Below are positions 25,349 to 39,010 of a DNA stretch of 64,000 nt, one piece after another. Location: NCBI RefSeq assembly GCF_006345805.1, contig NC_042997.1:130138001-130202000 (forward strand), written 5' to 3'. This DNA is from Octopus sinensis. Taxonomy: Eukaryota. A program made the translations under genes and the position numbers. Under the pieces are notes generated by a model. That model was not told the origin of the DNA. It saw only the letters and a program-made list of their open reading frames with translations, and did not search any database. Position 1 is the first letter of the stretch; each line of letters starts with the position of its first letter.

Positions 25349-25897
25349 CAGTGTTTCTCAACCTTTTTACCCTTGCGTAACCCTTAAAATAGATTACAAA
25401 TCTCAAGGGACCCCTGCACAAAAAAAATTATATACCACATCTTTCTCATATTTTTTTCATCATAATTCATGTTGTAAATATATATATTTGTTATATTTTT
25501 TTGATAACATAATAGGTTAGATAGGATGGTGTCTATATTACATCATCATCATCATCGTTTAACATCTGCTGTCCATGCTGGTATGGATAGGACGGTTTGA
25601 CTGCGGACTGGCAAGCCAGAAGGCTCACCAGGCTCTAGTCTGATATGACAAGGTTTCTACAGCTGGATGCCCTTCCTAATGCCAACCACTCCAAGAGTGT
25701 TGTGGGTGCTTTGTACATGCCACTGGCACAAGGGCCAGTCAGGCGGTACTAGCATCGACCACATTTGAATGGTGCTTTTTACATGCCACCAGCACAGGAG
25801 CCAGTCAGGCAGAACCAATAATTTGTTGTGCATGTATAGTAATATTACGATCATGAAATTAGCATTAGCTTATCTTACTCTTTATCACAGAACCCCA
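25349..25897. mobile_element. Truncated copy of the same hAT element, interrupted by an RTE-tail repeat
   Basis: Starts cagtgtttctcaacctttttacccttg; internal blocks match 53320-53570; insertion at ~25541-25811. Confidence 0.8.
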
Positions 25898-28149
25898 AGG
25901 AATCATGACAGCATGGACAAAAGGACATTAAATAATGATGATATGTGCACATATATATTTCTTACATTTGTTATTACTAATTTTAGTACATTCTTACTGT
26001 TTTAAATTTGCAGTTTCGTTTTGATGAAAATACCAACTACTTCAGAGCAAAACTTGTCATTATAGATTACCTGCATTTAGTCACTAATTCCCACTTCATT
26101 CATTGTTTTCATTTCCCCTCTACCAGCATGACCGATGTGAAATACATTGCATTTTATAATATACTAGTGTAAGACGGCAAGCTGGCAGAACTGTTTGTAC
26201 ACCAGGTGAAATGCTTAGTGGTATTTCATCTGTCTTCATGTTCTGAGTTCAAATTCTGCTGAGGTTGATTTTGCCTTTCATCCTTTCTGGGTTGATAAAT
26301 TAAAGTACCAATTGCGTACTGGAGTTGATTTAATTGACTGGCCCCCTCCCCAAAAATTTTGGGCCTTGTGCCTAGAGTAGAAAAGATTATATAATAGTGT
26401 GCCCCATGTCATCAATAATGCTGACACTTTTGTGAATGATGGAAAATGATACATCAACACAATGGGAGAAACCATTGCTAAACGTCAGCAATCTAGTATG
26501 TGTAAATGATGTTTAAGAGAATCACTAGCCATTCCTTGCCTTCACAACTCCTCATTACTTAATAGATTCTCAGATGTAATTTTGTCTTGTAAACACAAGT
26601 ACTTGTCTTTCATGCATTTTATCAAATTTTTGTAATCCCATATCTATAAGTATCCATACTCAAAATTAACTTTGAACTAAAACAAAGTCAGCCTAGCAAC
26701 TTACAACTTAACAAATATGTGGTCTGATCAATAACTATCCGGATTGTTACCCTAGTAACAAAGCTAAAGCACACAGAGTGAAGCCACTTGGCACAGATTG
26801 ACCTTGAACTTTGCTATACATGTGGACTAAGTTTTAACATTCCAGCTCACTTTGTGTTATGCATTGAAACTGACCTAAAATTATGTGGTTGGCAAGTAAA
26901 CTTCTTACCATCCAGCCACCCCTGCACTTATCATTATCATCAACATTATCATCATTTAATGTCTGTTTTCCATGCTGCATGGGTTGGGCAGTTCCACAGG
27001 AACCGAAAAGTCCTAAGACTGTACCAGTCCCTGATGTCTGCTTTCGCATGGTTTCTATTGTTAGATGCCCTTCCTAACACCAAATATCTCAGTAATATTT
27101 CACCCATCTTGTATCTTTCATTCAGTCAATTCATATCCATTACTGAATCTGTTTGATGCCCAGTTCTCTTAATTTGCTTAACCTTCCCCACTCTCACAAG
27201 TTCAGATTGTGGTTACATTATTTTTCACTCATCACTGCTGTCTCTGCTCTCACTTCATATCATCACTACTATGATGAACCCTGCTTTGAAATCATCTTTT
27301 AACAAGGAATATTTATATAAAATTTTAAAACTGTCATCTAATTTAATCATGTTTCTATTAGTTTCATAAATATCCATAAAACATCAGCCTTTAGTTTGGT
27401 GCTGCTGTCAAAATTACTCTTTGTTGAAGATTCCTTAATTGCAAGACTTAAAGAATAGTATTTATTATTTAAATGTAAGCAAATCATTAAACTATTAAAT
27501 AAATGATATAAATTGCTTGTATAAAGGTTGGTAGCTATAACTGAACGGTTATTGGGATGATTGTTTCCCATTTTTCCTTTCATTTTTTTTTTATCATTTT
27601 CATTCACTAAAATTTATATGTTGAGTATCATGACACATAGATAAAAAAGTATTGTGTCACATAGCTAAAAATGTCTCATTGCATAGCCAAGGTTTAGGTG
27701 ATTGGTTTTCCGTTTTATATTAATTGTAATAAAATTAACCTTACTTAGATAAGCATAATACACTAGTATAGTTTGCTAGTGTATTCAACAAAAAGTTTTT
27801 TTGATTGCTCTCTATTTTTTTTTTTTTTACTTTATTGATATCATATAACTTTTATGGACATGTAACTGGTTTTACTTTTTATCTGGATATATTCAGTATT
27901 ATATAGGCCGTCACAGTAGACTAGTAGATTTTTCAAAAGATTTCCTCTTCAGCCACAAACTTGTTTTTGATTGCTCCTTTCATTTTATTTAACTTTATTG
28001 ATATAATGGGATAAGCTTGTTTGGAATTTATTATTTACATATTTTCTTGTTTCTTTGCTACTATCTGAATGTTTCTATTCAACTAATTGTGATTAAAGAT
28101 AGGTATTTTGTAAGCTATGCATGTTCTTATTTGAGAGTGCCTTGTCCTA

Positions 28150-28430
28150 AATACACATGTCATCAAGATTGCTGGGCTGAGAACATGTGTACCTTACTGA
28201 AAGCCTGTCGTGTGTATCAAAGGGAGGCTAAAGGACATTCATGGACCACAGCATTGGTCTCCAAAACTCCACTTTAAAGACATTTTAAACTAGAACTTCA
28301 GTGTCTTTGACATTAACTAAAATAGTGAGAGACTGCAGTTGGTGACAAACATTTGTGGAGGTTGGCAGTCCCACAAGCTTGATGGAAATTAGTCAAAAAC
28401 GATAAATAAGGAAGCGACAAGAAGAAAGCA
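28150..28430 (+). mobile_element. Highly decayed RTE-like LINE 3' remnant
   Basis: PKLHFKDIL...AVGDKHLWR resembles the RTE C-terminal GRPKLRFKD...DR..WR pattern. Confidence 0.45.
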
Positions 28431-28551
28431 AGAAAACAATTCATTTTGAAACATGTTGGGACAGTCAATGTAAACAGTAGTAATAGAAGTTGTTGTAATA
28501 ATAATGGTGTTTTCTTTAGAGCTCAAAGAAATAGAAAAAATATAAATTTCG

Positions 28552-28625
<74 letters not shown>

Positions 28626-29389
28626 CTACACGCATGTATACATATACACACACAGATCTGCATGGAAATAAAGAAGTACAATAAAACACAATAATTAAAA
28701 CAAGATATGATTAGAATAAAAATAGATTTGTGGTTAAGTTAGGTTAGGACACTCTACAACCCCATTCTCTCAAACCATGTCTCCAATTGGGTTTAAGTGC
28801 AACCAAATGCGTTCCTATGCAGAAGTGTTTGTCTATATTAACTATTTCAAAAGATAGTTAATATAGAAAAACACCAATGTCTTGAGGGCATTCTCTTTTA
28901 AGTTCAGTGGGGTTTTTTTTATTTTGTACTATCGTAACTTTTTCAGAAAGTCTGTGGCATCAGGAATGCATAATTTTGTCTTTTAACCGTTTGTTTGATT
29001 TTTTTTAAAGTCCAGTTCATCTTTGTTCTTTTAATTTTCTTTACTATTTTCCTGAGTTTTGTCATTTGAAAGAAATTGTTCTCCTCAGCTGTTTTCTCTT
29101 GTATTATGTTGAGTTTTCTTTTTTTGTGATTCTTTTTTCTTTTGTATTTTCATCAACTATTTGTAAATTTTCATGTGTAATTAGTTCATCCTAATACCAC
29201 AATGAAGGTGTGGTACCACTGCTGGTTGGCACTGTTAAGGGACAAGGTGTTTGATCATTTATCTCTACATGACAGAAAGATGTTTCCTGCTATCCCTACA
29301 TTTTTGGCTGGTAACTAGGATTTGTTGTTCTTCTTACTATTGCTGTTGATCTTCCATCAAATACAGCAACTATATTTTTTGCATTGTAT

Positions 29390-29900
29390 TATTAATCTCG
29401 TGCTCTTTGTCTCAGTGCCTTCTACTAGTCACAATTTTGATATGGCTGTCTGGCCTTTGGACGTCATTAGGACTTGTAAATCCATTTTGACACCCGCTGA
29501 ACATTTGTTGCCTTTCGTTAACACTACTTTGGTCACGCGTCCATACTGTGTTTGTTGCCCATAAATGTGACTACAGCCATCAATGTCCATCATTTCTGAT
29601 GACTCTTATTGTCACTCTTGTGTTTCTTTGACTCATATACTTGGTCACAAATGCATAGTCAGAGCTGTATTTGACAATTACAGTCTGTGTTGGCTACATT
29701 ATGACAGATAGAGCAGATAGTGCCACAGCTTTTGCTTTTTCAATTGAAACAACTGCTTTCATTGTGTCCTTTGGAATTTTTTGCGCTACTTGACTTGAGG
29801 GAAAACTTAATCCACTTCTGTCTTTTTGTAAGCAGAGATAGTCTTCCAATGAGATTACTTGATATAGTATGCTGAGGCACAATTAACCCATACATAGAAT
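29390..29900 (-). mobile_element. Possible L1/Tx1 ORF1-like remnant
   Basis: Minus strand QYGRVTKVVLTKG...GVKMDL resembles the ORF1 RRM-like motif; weak. Confidence 0.3.
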
Positions 29901-30059
29901 ATGAATGTTTGTGATGACACATAAAAGTTGAAAACGGGCATTTATTTCTCACTCAGAAATTACTAATATGTTCCAGTTCTATCTGTGTGACTTTGTCAAG
30001 GTGCAAATGTGATGCACAATTTCTATGTGCCCCACTTCTATGCTGCTACCTTCTTAACA

Positions 30060-30360
30060 TTATCATCATCATCATCATCATCATCGTTTAACATCCATTT
30101 TCCATGCTAGCATCAGTTGGATGGTTCGACCGGGTTCTGGGAAGCCAGGAGGCTGCATCAGGCCCAGTCTGATCTGACAGTGTTTCTACAGCTGTATGCC
30201 CTTCCTAACGCCAACCACTCCGTGAGTGTTGTGGGTGCTTTTTACATGCCACCGGCGCAGGTGCCAGGGGAGGCTGGCAACGGTCACAATCGGTTGGTGC
30301 TTTTTACGTGCCACTGGCACGGAAGCCAGTCAAGGCGGCGCTGGCATCGGCCATTATGTG
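30060..30360 (-). mobile_element. RTE-tail-derived short repeat family E (others: 1305-1525 +, 2095-2280 -, 4440-4640 -, 9200-9590 +, 9795-10095 -, 25190-25348 +, 25541-25811 -, 26930-27080 -, 30950-31185 -, 39339-39595, 41545-41640 +, 55810-56160 -)
   Basis: Matches the 3' UTR of the RTE at 13560-13976 (ccactacactc..gagtggttggcgttaggaagggcatccagc...catgctagcatggaaagcggacgttaaacgatgatgat). Confidence 0.9.
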
Positions 30361-33300
30361 CAATAGATTCCTGATCTTCTCATTCTGCAGACAGTACATA
30401 CATACAAATTTCTTGTATAGACTTCTTGTATGGCTCTCACTAACATCTTTGTTTGACACTTTGTGAAATATCAGTACTCTTCACTTAATACAAACTTTCA
30501 TTGTTTTGTGATTGGCTTTTGTCATCCATAAAGTAAGTGCAGTATTGTAAGCCAAAGTCAAATGATGAGGTAAATTCAAATTTAAGCTGTATTAGCATAA
30601 GTTCAAACAATTCAAAATATAGACATCTACTATCAAAATATCTACTATTTACTTTGCTCTGAGACTTTTTCATTTGGCTTTGAATTTATTTTAATCTGCT
30701 TCGAGTTTGTATTTTTAAAGTTGCTTTGAGTTTATTTTAATTTGCTTCAAATTAATTTCTAATTTGCTTCAAATTATTTTAATTTTCTTCAAGATCCTTT
30801 TATATTTGCTTCAAGTTATTTTAAAATTTAATTCTAGTTTATTTTAATTTGCTTTGAGATCATTTAATTTGTACAGAAATATCTATACATAGTGTATTTA
30901 GATAGCCCTGTATATGGTATGTCTAAACATTCCTATACAGTGTATCTAATCATCATCATCGTTTAACGTCCGTTTTCCATACTAGCATCAGTTGGACGGT
31001 TCGACCGGGGTCGGAGGAGCCAGGAGGCTGCACCAGGCTCCAGTCTTATCTGGCACTGTTTCTACAGCTGGATGCCCTTCCTAACGCCAACCACTCAGTG
31101 AGTGTAGTGGGTGCTTTTTACATGCCACCAGCACAGGTGCCAGGGGAGGCTGGCAACAGTCACGATTGGTTGGTGCTTTTTAAGTGGAGCTTTAGGTGTT
31201 TTCACTCAATAAAAACTCACAACGCCTGGTCTGGGAATCAAAACTGCGATCCTACAACTGTGAATCCACTGCCCTAACCACTGAGCCATTGCGCCTCCAT
31301 ATATATATATATACACACACACAGTAGTCTTTTTTTCAAGACAGTAGTGTGTAAGTGAAGGGAAGTTTGGCTGTTATTTCTAGCAGGCCAGCAGATGATG
31401 AAACTCCCTTGCCTTGGTGGCTCAATGTTTGTTGTTTACATTGTCTCTTTTCTTTTCCCTTTTCCAATAAGAAATATATGACTATGCATTTGTCCTGTTT
31501 CATTGTATAAACACATCAACAATGTGGCGTGATCTTAAATGTGGTGTGACAAGTCCACACCTTTGTCACGCTCTTCTTATATCTTGTTTCTTTTTCTTTT
31601 TCCATAAAATTCCGTTCTGATTTCATGAAATTATGCTTTATGAAATAGTTATCATAGTCAATTCTAGTAAATTAATCACGTTAACAGTTTTGTTATATCT
31701 GGTAACTCTTAACAAATTCATGAATCTTAAATTCATTATATGCAATAATTCCATTTTATTCATTTAATGCATCAACATTCTACCTACCCTAGTATGTACA
31801 TACCATCCCTTCTATATTTTAGTTGTACCTTATACATTTAGTGTAAAACACATATTTGGAAGATTACCAAGTTTTGTCATAAGTACAGTTTCATTATATC
31901 TCAATTCTGTTAGTGACCAGGTTGCAGAACTACAACAAAACCTTTTGACTCTTTATAGTACACCATATTCTTAAGCAGTAAATGAAAATGACGGTAACAT
32001 TTTTTTTTTTTTTTATCGTGAGCATCAGTCTTAAGTCTCAACACATATTCTCAGATTAAGTCTTTTATTAATCAAATATATTCTGTATATACTTGTGTAT
32101 AAGTTGCCCAATTTTACTAACAATATCCTTGGCTCAGTTCTTGATTCATATATGTCACATGCTCTTATCATCAATATATGCTTAGATGAAGTTTCCATCA
32201 AAATATTCCAAATTGATATATTTTCTCTCCATAAAATAACTAATAAAACTATTTGTAAATATATTCTTTGGTAGCTCTTAACAAATTAAACCTTCATTAA
32301 TGTGCTCTTAATTTTCTATATGCAACCATTCTATTATACTTATTTAATCCATCAATGCATGTTATTAAATTTCATCATGAATTACAAAATAACAAAATAC
32401 CAGCTGCCTTGCTATAAACATACATTTCTTTGTATTTCAGTTATATCATACATTTTGTGTTTAAAACATATTTGAATGATTATTGAGTAGATCAAATTAC
32501 ATATCACCAATATACAGGCAATATACTGCAAGTCTCTGCTTTAGTTCCATTGCTTTCCTATTTTGTTAATAAGAGATAAATTTACCAACAGTAAATTCCT
32601 TGCTTCAGAAATTACTACTAGCAGGGAAAAGTTGAAATTTCACATTGTATATATTTTCTTATTTCTGTTTTGATGTATAAATTTATGGATGTTCATAACA
32701 TTGTTTCATTATATTAAAAATCTTGATTATGTCTTTGATTTCATTCCATTGTTAAAGTTGTTAAAAGCATAACGCTGAAACACAAACTTCAGGATAGTTT
32801 GAACAATATATGTATTTTGACTTTAATAGTAAACGAATAATTATAGTGTGCTATGAGCTACATACTATCGAGGATAATGTTAACTGATATAAAATGTTGT
32901 AATGTAATATGCTTTTAACAGAAATATATTGTTACAATTACAAGGTTTCGTTTTTATTTACTCGATTTTCCTTAAGCAATGCTATAACCAAACAAATGAA
33001 AATATACTGTAAATTATTACAAACAGTATATCATATGTACAACATTGGTTATTTCAGTATTTTTTATCAAGTATCGTAAGAAAACCCTAAAAATGATTCA
33101 TTTTCCACGATCACTCTTGAATACTCTTATCATTATATCATCACCAAGTTCAGCCCTAATGGAATAATAACATAGGAGTGAATGTAAAAGAAAATGGCAT
33201 CACTCGGAACTGTGCAATTCCTTTGCAGAGTTCTTGAAATCATAATGAAGTGTGTTACTTTAGTCTATTGATTGTTATATTACCTGGTGAAGTTGCTATG

Positions 33301-33369
33301 TTAAAAACTACTACAACAACAATGATAATAACAATTGCAACAACAGTAATAATTGTCCAATACATATTG

Positions 33370-34040
33370 TCCTCTTGCTCACATCCCTGAATGAATTCTT
33401 TAAATAGTTCTTTGTCCTCAATCCTGTGTATTTGAAATGCCACACATTTTGAAAGACTTCACAATCATGTCATTAGGGTTTCTCTCCCAAATATCTTAGT
33501 GTCTTTTACCTGTTTAATGACTATCTAGACCTTGATGTTTTAAGACATCTTCCCATGTCATCAGGTATTTGTTTAGTGAAACCATTCATGTATTCTGTAA
33601 TTTACTGATATGTGTTTTTAAAATGTCAAGTTGAGTAAAATATCCAGAGGTTACAGAATCAGTTACAGAATCTTGGAATGACAATTTATCTTCTGTTTCA
33701 TTTCAGTTTTTGTGTATTTAATCTGCACAAATGTGCATAGAATTGATCCCACATTGACAAAGATGCTATTTCAAATCAAGATGCCTTTTAATCATATTTT
33801 GTTTAGCCAAATGTCTTAAAATCCTGTCCATCTCTCTTTTGGGGTACACTTTGACTAGCACACCATTTGGAAAATATTCTTTGGTTTGGTTTTCTTTTCA
33901 AAAATTACTATAGATTTAAACTTGTCTCCATCAGCCATGCAAACTAAAACTAACTTGAAATATTGTTTGTTATGGCCTGTGATTTTGGCACTGACATTAT
34001 AGTGTCTTGTAAAGCCTGGTGCAGCATTGCTTGGCATGTA
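33370..34040 (-). mobile_element. pogo/Tc2-type DDE transposase remnant
   Basis: MPSN...KITGHNKQYFKLVLVCMADGDK...VIFEKKTKPK and later DMIVKSFKMCGISN. Confidence 0.8.
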
Positions 34041-34692
34041 AAAAAGTCTGTAGTAGCATCTGTATTTCTGATTGACAATAAATTATCATCACAAAACAGT
34101 TAACATTCATTAATCACACTAACTTTTGAAATCTTTGAACTTCAGCCAATACATTTTGGTAATTTTTTTTTAATAATATGAGTTCTTTAGTGTAATGTTT
34201 ATCCATTTCACAATCCTGATACTGCTAATACATAGAATTCTTGTGTGAGATTGTATTTTGAATTCATGAAAAATAGTACTGTTTTTGTCCTAATAAACAA
34301 TAAATCCATTTGAAAGTAGTTTACACACCTATAAAGGCATTCTTTAGTTTCTTATTACCTGCTTTGCTTTCGGCATATTCTTAAAATGGTATCTAAATTT
34401 TTTATCACCAATCCCTTGCCACTGTTTCATTCTCAGCTCTATGATTGTCATTCTGTTTATCTTATTCAATAACTAGTTTAAAACTAGTTTCATAATATAT
34501 AACACTTGCTTACACATAGTACTAGTATTTATCAAGATTTCATATAAGAATATTTGATTGTATGGAGAATAGAATATCCTTTAACATTATAACCTTTTTT
34601 TTTTATAAATGAAAATACCTATGACACTAAAACAAATCTCATACAGCATTGAAATACATTCAATACTCATTCATTCATGAAAATGTTTAATT

Positions 34693-34724
<32 letters not shown>

Positions 34725-34725
<1 letters not shown>

Positions 34726-35930
34726 TAGCTGGATCCGTGAAAACTTCACAGAAAATATAAAAAATGTAAGCATCTGTAAACAGTGACTTCATTTAATAAA
34801 TATTGAATAATTATGTATAAGCAGAACCCTGGAAAATTGTATGAAATACAAAAAATCTTTAAATAGTGATCATGTTTAAGTATGGAATAATTTTTGTTAT
34901 TTTTGTGTTATACTACTAATAATCATAAATTTTTATACTATATAATTTGATATTTTTTTAATTTGACAGTTCATATACATGCACATTGGACAATGCTCAC
35001 TTCCACATTCCAAGAAAATGTGAGAATTTGGGTTTTTTTTTTTTAACTGGTACCACCTGTAGTCTAGGCAGTTTGAGCATTGGTGGCTTTTGTTTTTAAC
35101 TTGTATGACCTGTAGTAAGTGAGTTCCACTCCCTCTGTGAGTTTTCCTGTCCTGTTAACCAGCTTGACTGTTGAGTGTAATTGACTGTGTCGAGTTGGGA
35201 GTGCCTCCCAAAGAAGGCAGCTAAGTATCCTGCACTGGTGGTTGAACACTATTAGACTCTCTACTGTGACTATGGAGATGGTGGTGATGCTGGCTGGTGC
35301 AGTTTTGTGGTTTGCTGGTATGGTGGGAGAGGATGCCATTGCAAGAAAGATCCAGCAGGACTCTGACTGGTTCTCCGGTCTTGACGGTGTAATGTAGATG
35401 TGTAATGATGGAGTTGGCCTTGTCTGTGAACCCGATTGAGTGTCATAACTCTTACATTGATATTGTTCATAGCTTGTGCTCTTGAAAATGTGACATATAA
35501 TTGGCCATGAGAAAATACCAGTTGAGGCAAATGTATTCCAACTTTTTCAAATGTTTGCCCTTGAACCTTATTGATTGTTATTGAATATGCAAGTGGAAGA
35601 GGAAACTGAAGTATGTTTAGTGTGAATGGAATACTTGCACCACTTGGACTAAGTTTAATTCTGGGAATTAGAACTCCACGACCTCTGTTGGAACCTGTTA
35701 CCAATAAGCCTCTACACAATGTTCATGAAGTCCTCGCATTTTCATACGAGTTCTGTTAGATAATCCTTGACTGATGGAAAAATTTCTTAGCAACATTACA
35801 ATAACCCCTACTTTTAAATTGAGGTGATGAGGAGGCATACTGGATGGAGTGGGAGAGATTATGAATTCAACTGGATAGTTCTGAACCTCTTCTTCATTAC
35901 TGCAGAACACTGAATTCATGCTTAAGTATG
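34725..35930 (-). mobile_element. Helitron 3' part: PIF1-type helicase remnant and 3' terminus
   Basis: MPPHHLNLKVGVIVMLLRN and QFPLPLAYSITINKVQGQTFEKVGIHLPQLVFSHGQLYVTFSRA; minus-strand hairpin ctgtgaa-gtt-ttcacgg (34735-34751) followed by CTAG|T at 34725. Confidence 0.85.
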
Positions 35931-35939
35931 CTTTAAGTG

Positions 35940-38220
35940 TGTCACCACTCTCTCTGTCTCTCTCTGTACCTCTTGTCTCTCACTTTACCATTTACTTCTT
36001 TGCTTAGCATCCATTATTTCTGTTTTTCTTTGTAGCTGTCCCTTCAAATGTAGAAAACAGTAACATTGACAGCTATTTGCTGAGAGAGAGAGAGAGAGAG
36101 TGTGTGTGTGTGTGTGTATGTGTGACAGAATAAGTGTCAGATAGATAAATAGGCAACATTTCTTTTTACAATTTCCATATTTTCAACTGCTTTATCTTAT
36201 ATATCGTTGAAAAGGAAAAGTTTTCCCTATGGTGGTATGAGAACGGTTTAAGGCGGCGAGCTGGCAGAAATGTTCGCACGTCGGGCGAAATACTTAGCTG
36301 TATTTTGTCTGCCACTGTGTTGTGAGTTCAAATTCCGCCGAGGTCAGCTTTGCCTTTCATCCTTTCGGGGCCGATAAATTAAGTACCAGTTATGCACTGG
36401 GGTCAATGTAATCAACTTAATCCATGTGTCTCTCCTTATTCGTCCCCTCTGTGTTTAGCCCTTGTGGGTAGTAAAGAAATAGGTATGAGAACAGTTTCAT
36501 TGTCTTTCACTATTATTCTCTATCCACTCACTTCCTTCATTCAATCTATGTCTCTAACTCTCTTTCTCTCCTCTCCTCCTCCTCTTTCCCCTCTCCCTCC
36601 CTTATGTCTCCTTGCCTCTCAGCCATCTTCCTGTGGTAATGAAAAGTAAGAGTAACATCCAATTTTTGCTGTGGTTATTTGTCTTTGATTTAACAATGTT
36701 TCTAAGTAGGTATCTACTTTTCTTTCGATGTATCTATCTTTCTACTCGGAAAATACTGATAAACATTTATAAAACGCAAATGAATTCCACCTTCCTTTCA
36801 GTCACCAGTCACTCTCTGTCTTTCTCTGTCACTCCCTCTCACTTTGCCACTCACTTAAACTCTGCTTAACACTTTTTTTTTTGTGTTTTTCTTTGTACCT
36901 CTCCCTTGAACTGTAGAAAAGTAACAGAAACATGCACAGGTATTTACTGAGAGAGAGAGAGAGAGAGTGTGCGTGTGAGAGAGACAGACAGACAAACAGA
37001 ATAAGTGTGAGGTAAACAGATAGATTAGATAGGTAGGTAGGTAGGTAGGAAGGTGGCGAGCTGGCAGTAATGTTAGCACGCCGGGCGAAATGCTTTGCGG
37101 TATTTCATCTGCCGTTACGTTCCGAGTTCAAATTCCACTGAGGTCGACTTTGCCTTTCATCCTTTCGGGGTCCATAAATTAAGTACCAGTTATGCACTGG
37201 GGTTGATGTAATCGACTTAATCCGTTTGTCTGTCCTTGTTTGTGTCCTCTGTGTTTAGCCCCTTGTGGGCAATAAAGAAATATATGAAAACAGTTTCAGT
37301 ATCTTTCACTATTGTTCTCTATCCACTCCCTTCCTTCAATCTGTCTCTCTAACTTTTTCTCTCTCCTCCTCTGTCCCTTTCCCCCTCCTCTATGCTTCCT
37401 TGCCTTTCACCCATCCTCCTGCTTTTAACAAGTTATCTCCCCCCTCTAATTCTCCTTGCCTCTCACCTATCCACCTGTGGTAATGAAAAGTAAAAGTAAC
37501 ATCCAATATATATTGCTTTGGTTTAATGATGTGTTGATGTATGTATGTCTACTGTGAAAATATAGATAAACATTTAAAAGCACAAAACAAACACCACCTT
37601 CCTTTCAGTCACTTTCTATCTTCCTCTGTCACTTCCTCTCTGTCCCTTCTGTATCTCACTTTTGAGCATGTCCCTTACTTGAACTATACCTCATCTGCTT
37701 AGCACCTTTTATTTCTCTTTTTCTTTGTATTTCTCCCTTCAACTGTAGGAAAGTAAAAGTAACATCTACAGGTATTTGCTGAGAGAAAGACTGAGGGAAA
37801 GAGAGACTGACAGACAGACAGAAAAACTGTCAGATAGATAGGTAGATAAGTAGGCAGATCGATAGATAGGCAACATTTGTTTTTGCAATTTCCATATTTT
37901 CAACTGCTTCTCCATGACTTTATGAGAACCGGTTCATTGTCTTTCACTATTGTTCTCTGTCCACTCCTTCCTTCACTCAATCTATCACTGTTATTCTCTC
38001 TCTCTTCCCCTCTCCTTCCTCTATGTATCTTTGCCTGTTACCCATCCTCCTGTGTTTAACACATTATACTTGTCTTACCTGTCAGCACCTTGAATCTCTT
38101 CTCTTTCACTCTCTGCCTGTCCCTCTACTTTGCTGCTTTGCCTCTCACTTCAGCTATACTTCCTCTGCTTAACAAGCTTTATTTCTCTCTTTTTACTTTT
38201 CCTTTCAAGTAAGTGTGACA
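35940..38220. repeat. Three diverged tandem units of ~0.5-0.9 kb
   Basis: Recurring blocks (GA)n/cagaataagtg, ggcaacatt..tttccatattttcaactgc, atgagaac..cattgtctttcactatt..ccactc, ctgtggtaatgaaaagtaa, ccaccttcctttcagtcac. Confidence 0.75.
36250..36480 (+). mobile_element. SINE family A copy with TSD (second copy at ~37050-37285)
   Basis: Flanked by ggtatgagaacggttt / ggtatgagaacagttt. Confidence 0.85.
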
Positions 38221-38529
38221 CACACCACAGGTATGTATGCAGGTATTAGCATATTAATATTTAGGATGATAATAATCCTTTCTACTATAGGCACAAGGCC
38301 TGAAATTTTGAGGGGAGGGGTTTAGTTGATGACATCAACCCCCAGTACTCCACTGGTACTTAATTTATCAACCCCAAAACAATGAAAGGCAAAGTCGAGC
38401 TTGGTGGAATTTGAACTCAGAATTTAAGGATGGACAAAATACCGCTAAACATTTTGCCCTAAGTGCTAGCAATTCTGCCAGCTCGCTGCCTTAATGATGA
38501 TAATAATAATAATAAGAAGAAGAAGAAGA

Positions 38530-39010
38530 ATATGTCTTGGTATAAAAGATGGGCTACAGCAAATATTCTGCTCAATACCACAGATTTGCTTGTCAGTTGT
38601 TTCACCATAACCAGTTGAGCATGTCCCTTAGTGGCTGACGATATGTGCATCTCTGATCACGAGCAGAAGTAGTGGGGGAGCATCATAGCCATGTGTTGAA
38701 AGGAATTCTTGGAGGTTTGGATAATTCACCTTTGGAAACATAGGTGGTTCATTCAACATCCTTAAACAATCCTTATTTAAGGACCTTTTGTGGGGATGGG
38801 TTACTCGACCAGAAGAAAATTTTAACTGGGCCCCACCTGCAAGGTCATGTGCTGTTTATCTTGATATGAGATCACCATGTCGCGCACATATGGTTGTGAT
38901 GCATGTGCCTGGTGTACCCTTATCAGATGGGTAGCCATGATGGGTATACTGGGCTTCGTATATTTTACCCCAGTGTCACTTTGATGGCATGCACTGCTCT
39001 CTCACTCAAT
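38530..39010. repeat. Dispersed repeat, probably a LINE 3' region; inverted partial copy at 57245-57400
   Basis: ctgctcaataccacagatttgcttgtcagttg...gagcatgtcccttagtggctgacgatatgtgc matches the reverse complement of 57245-57400. Confidence 0.7.
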
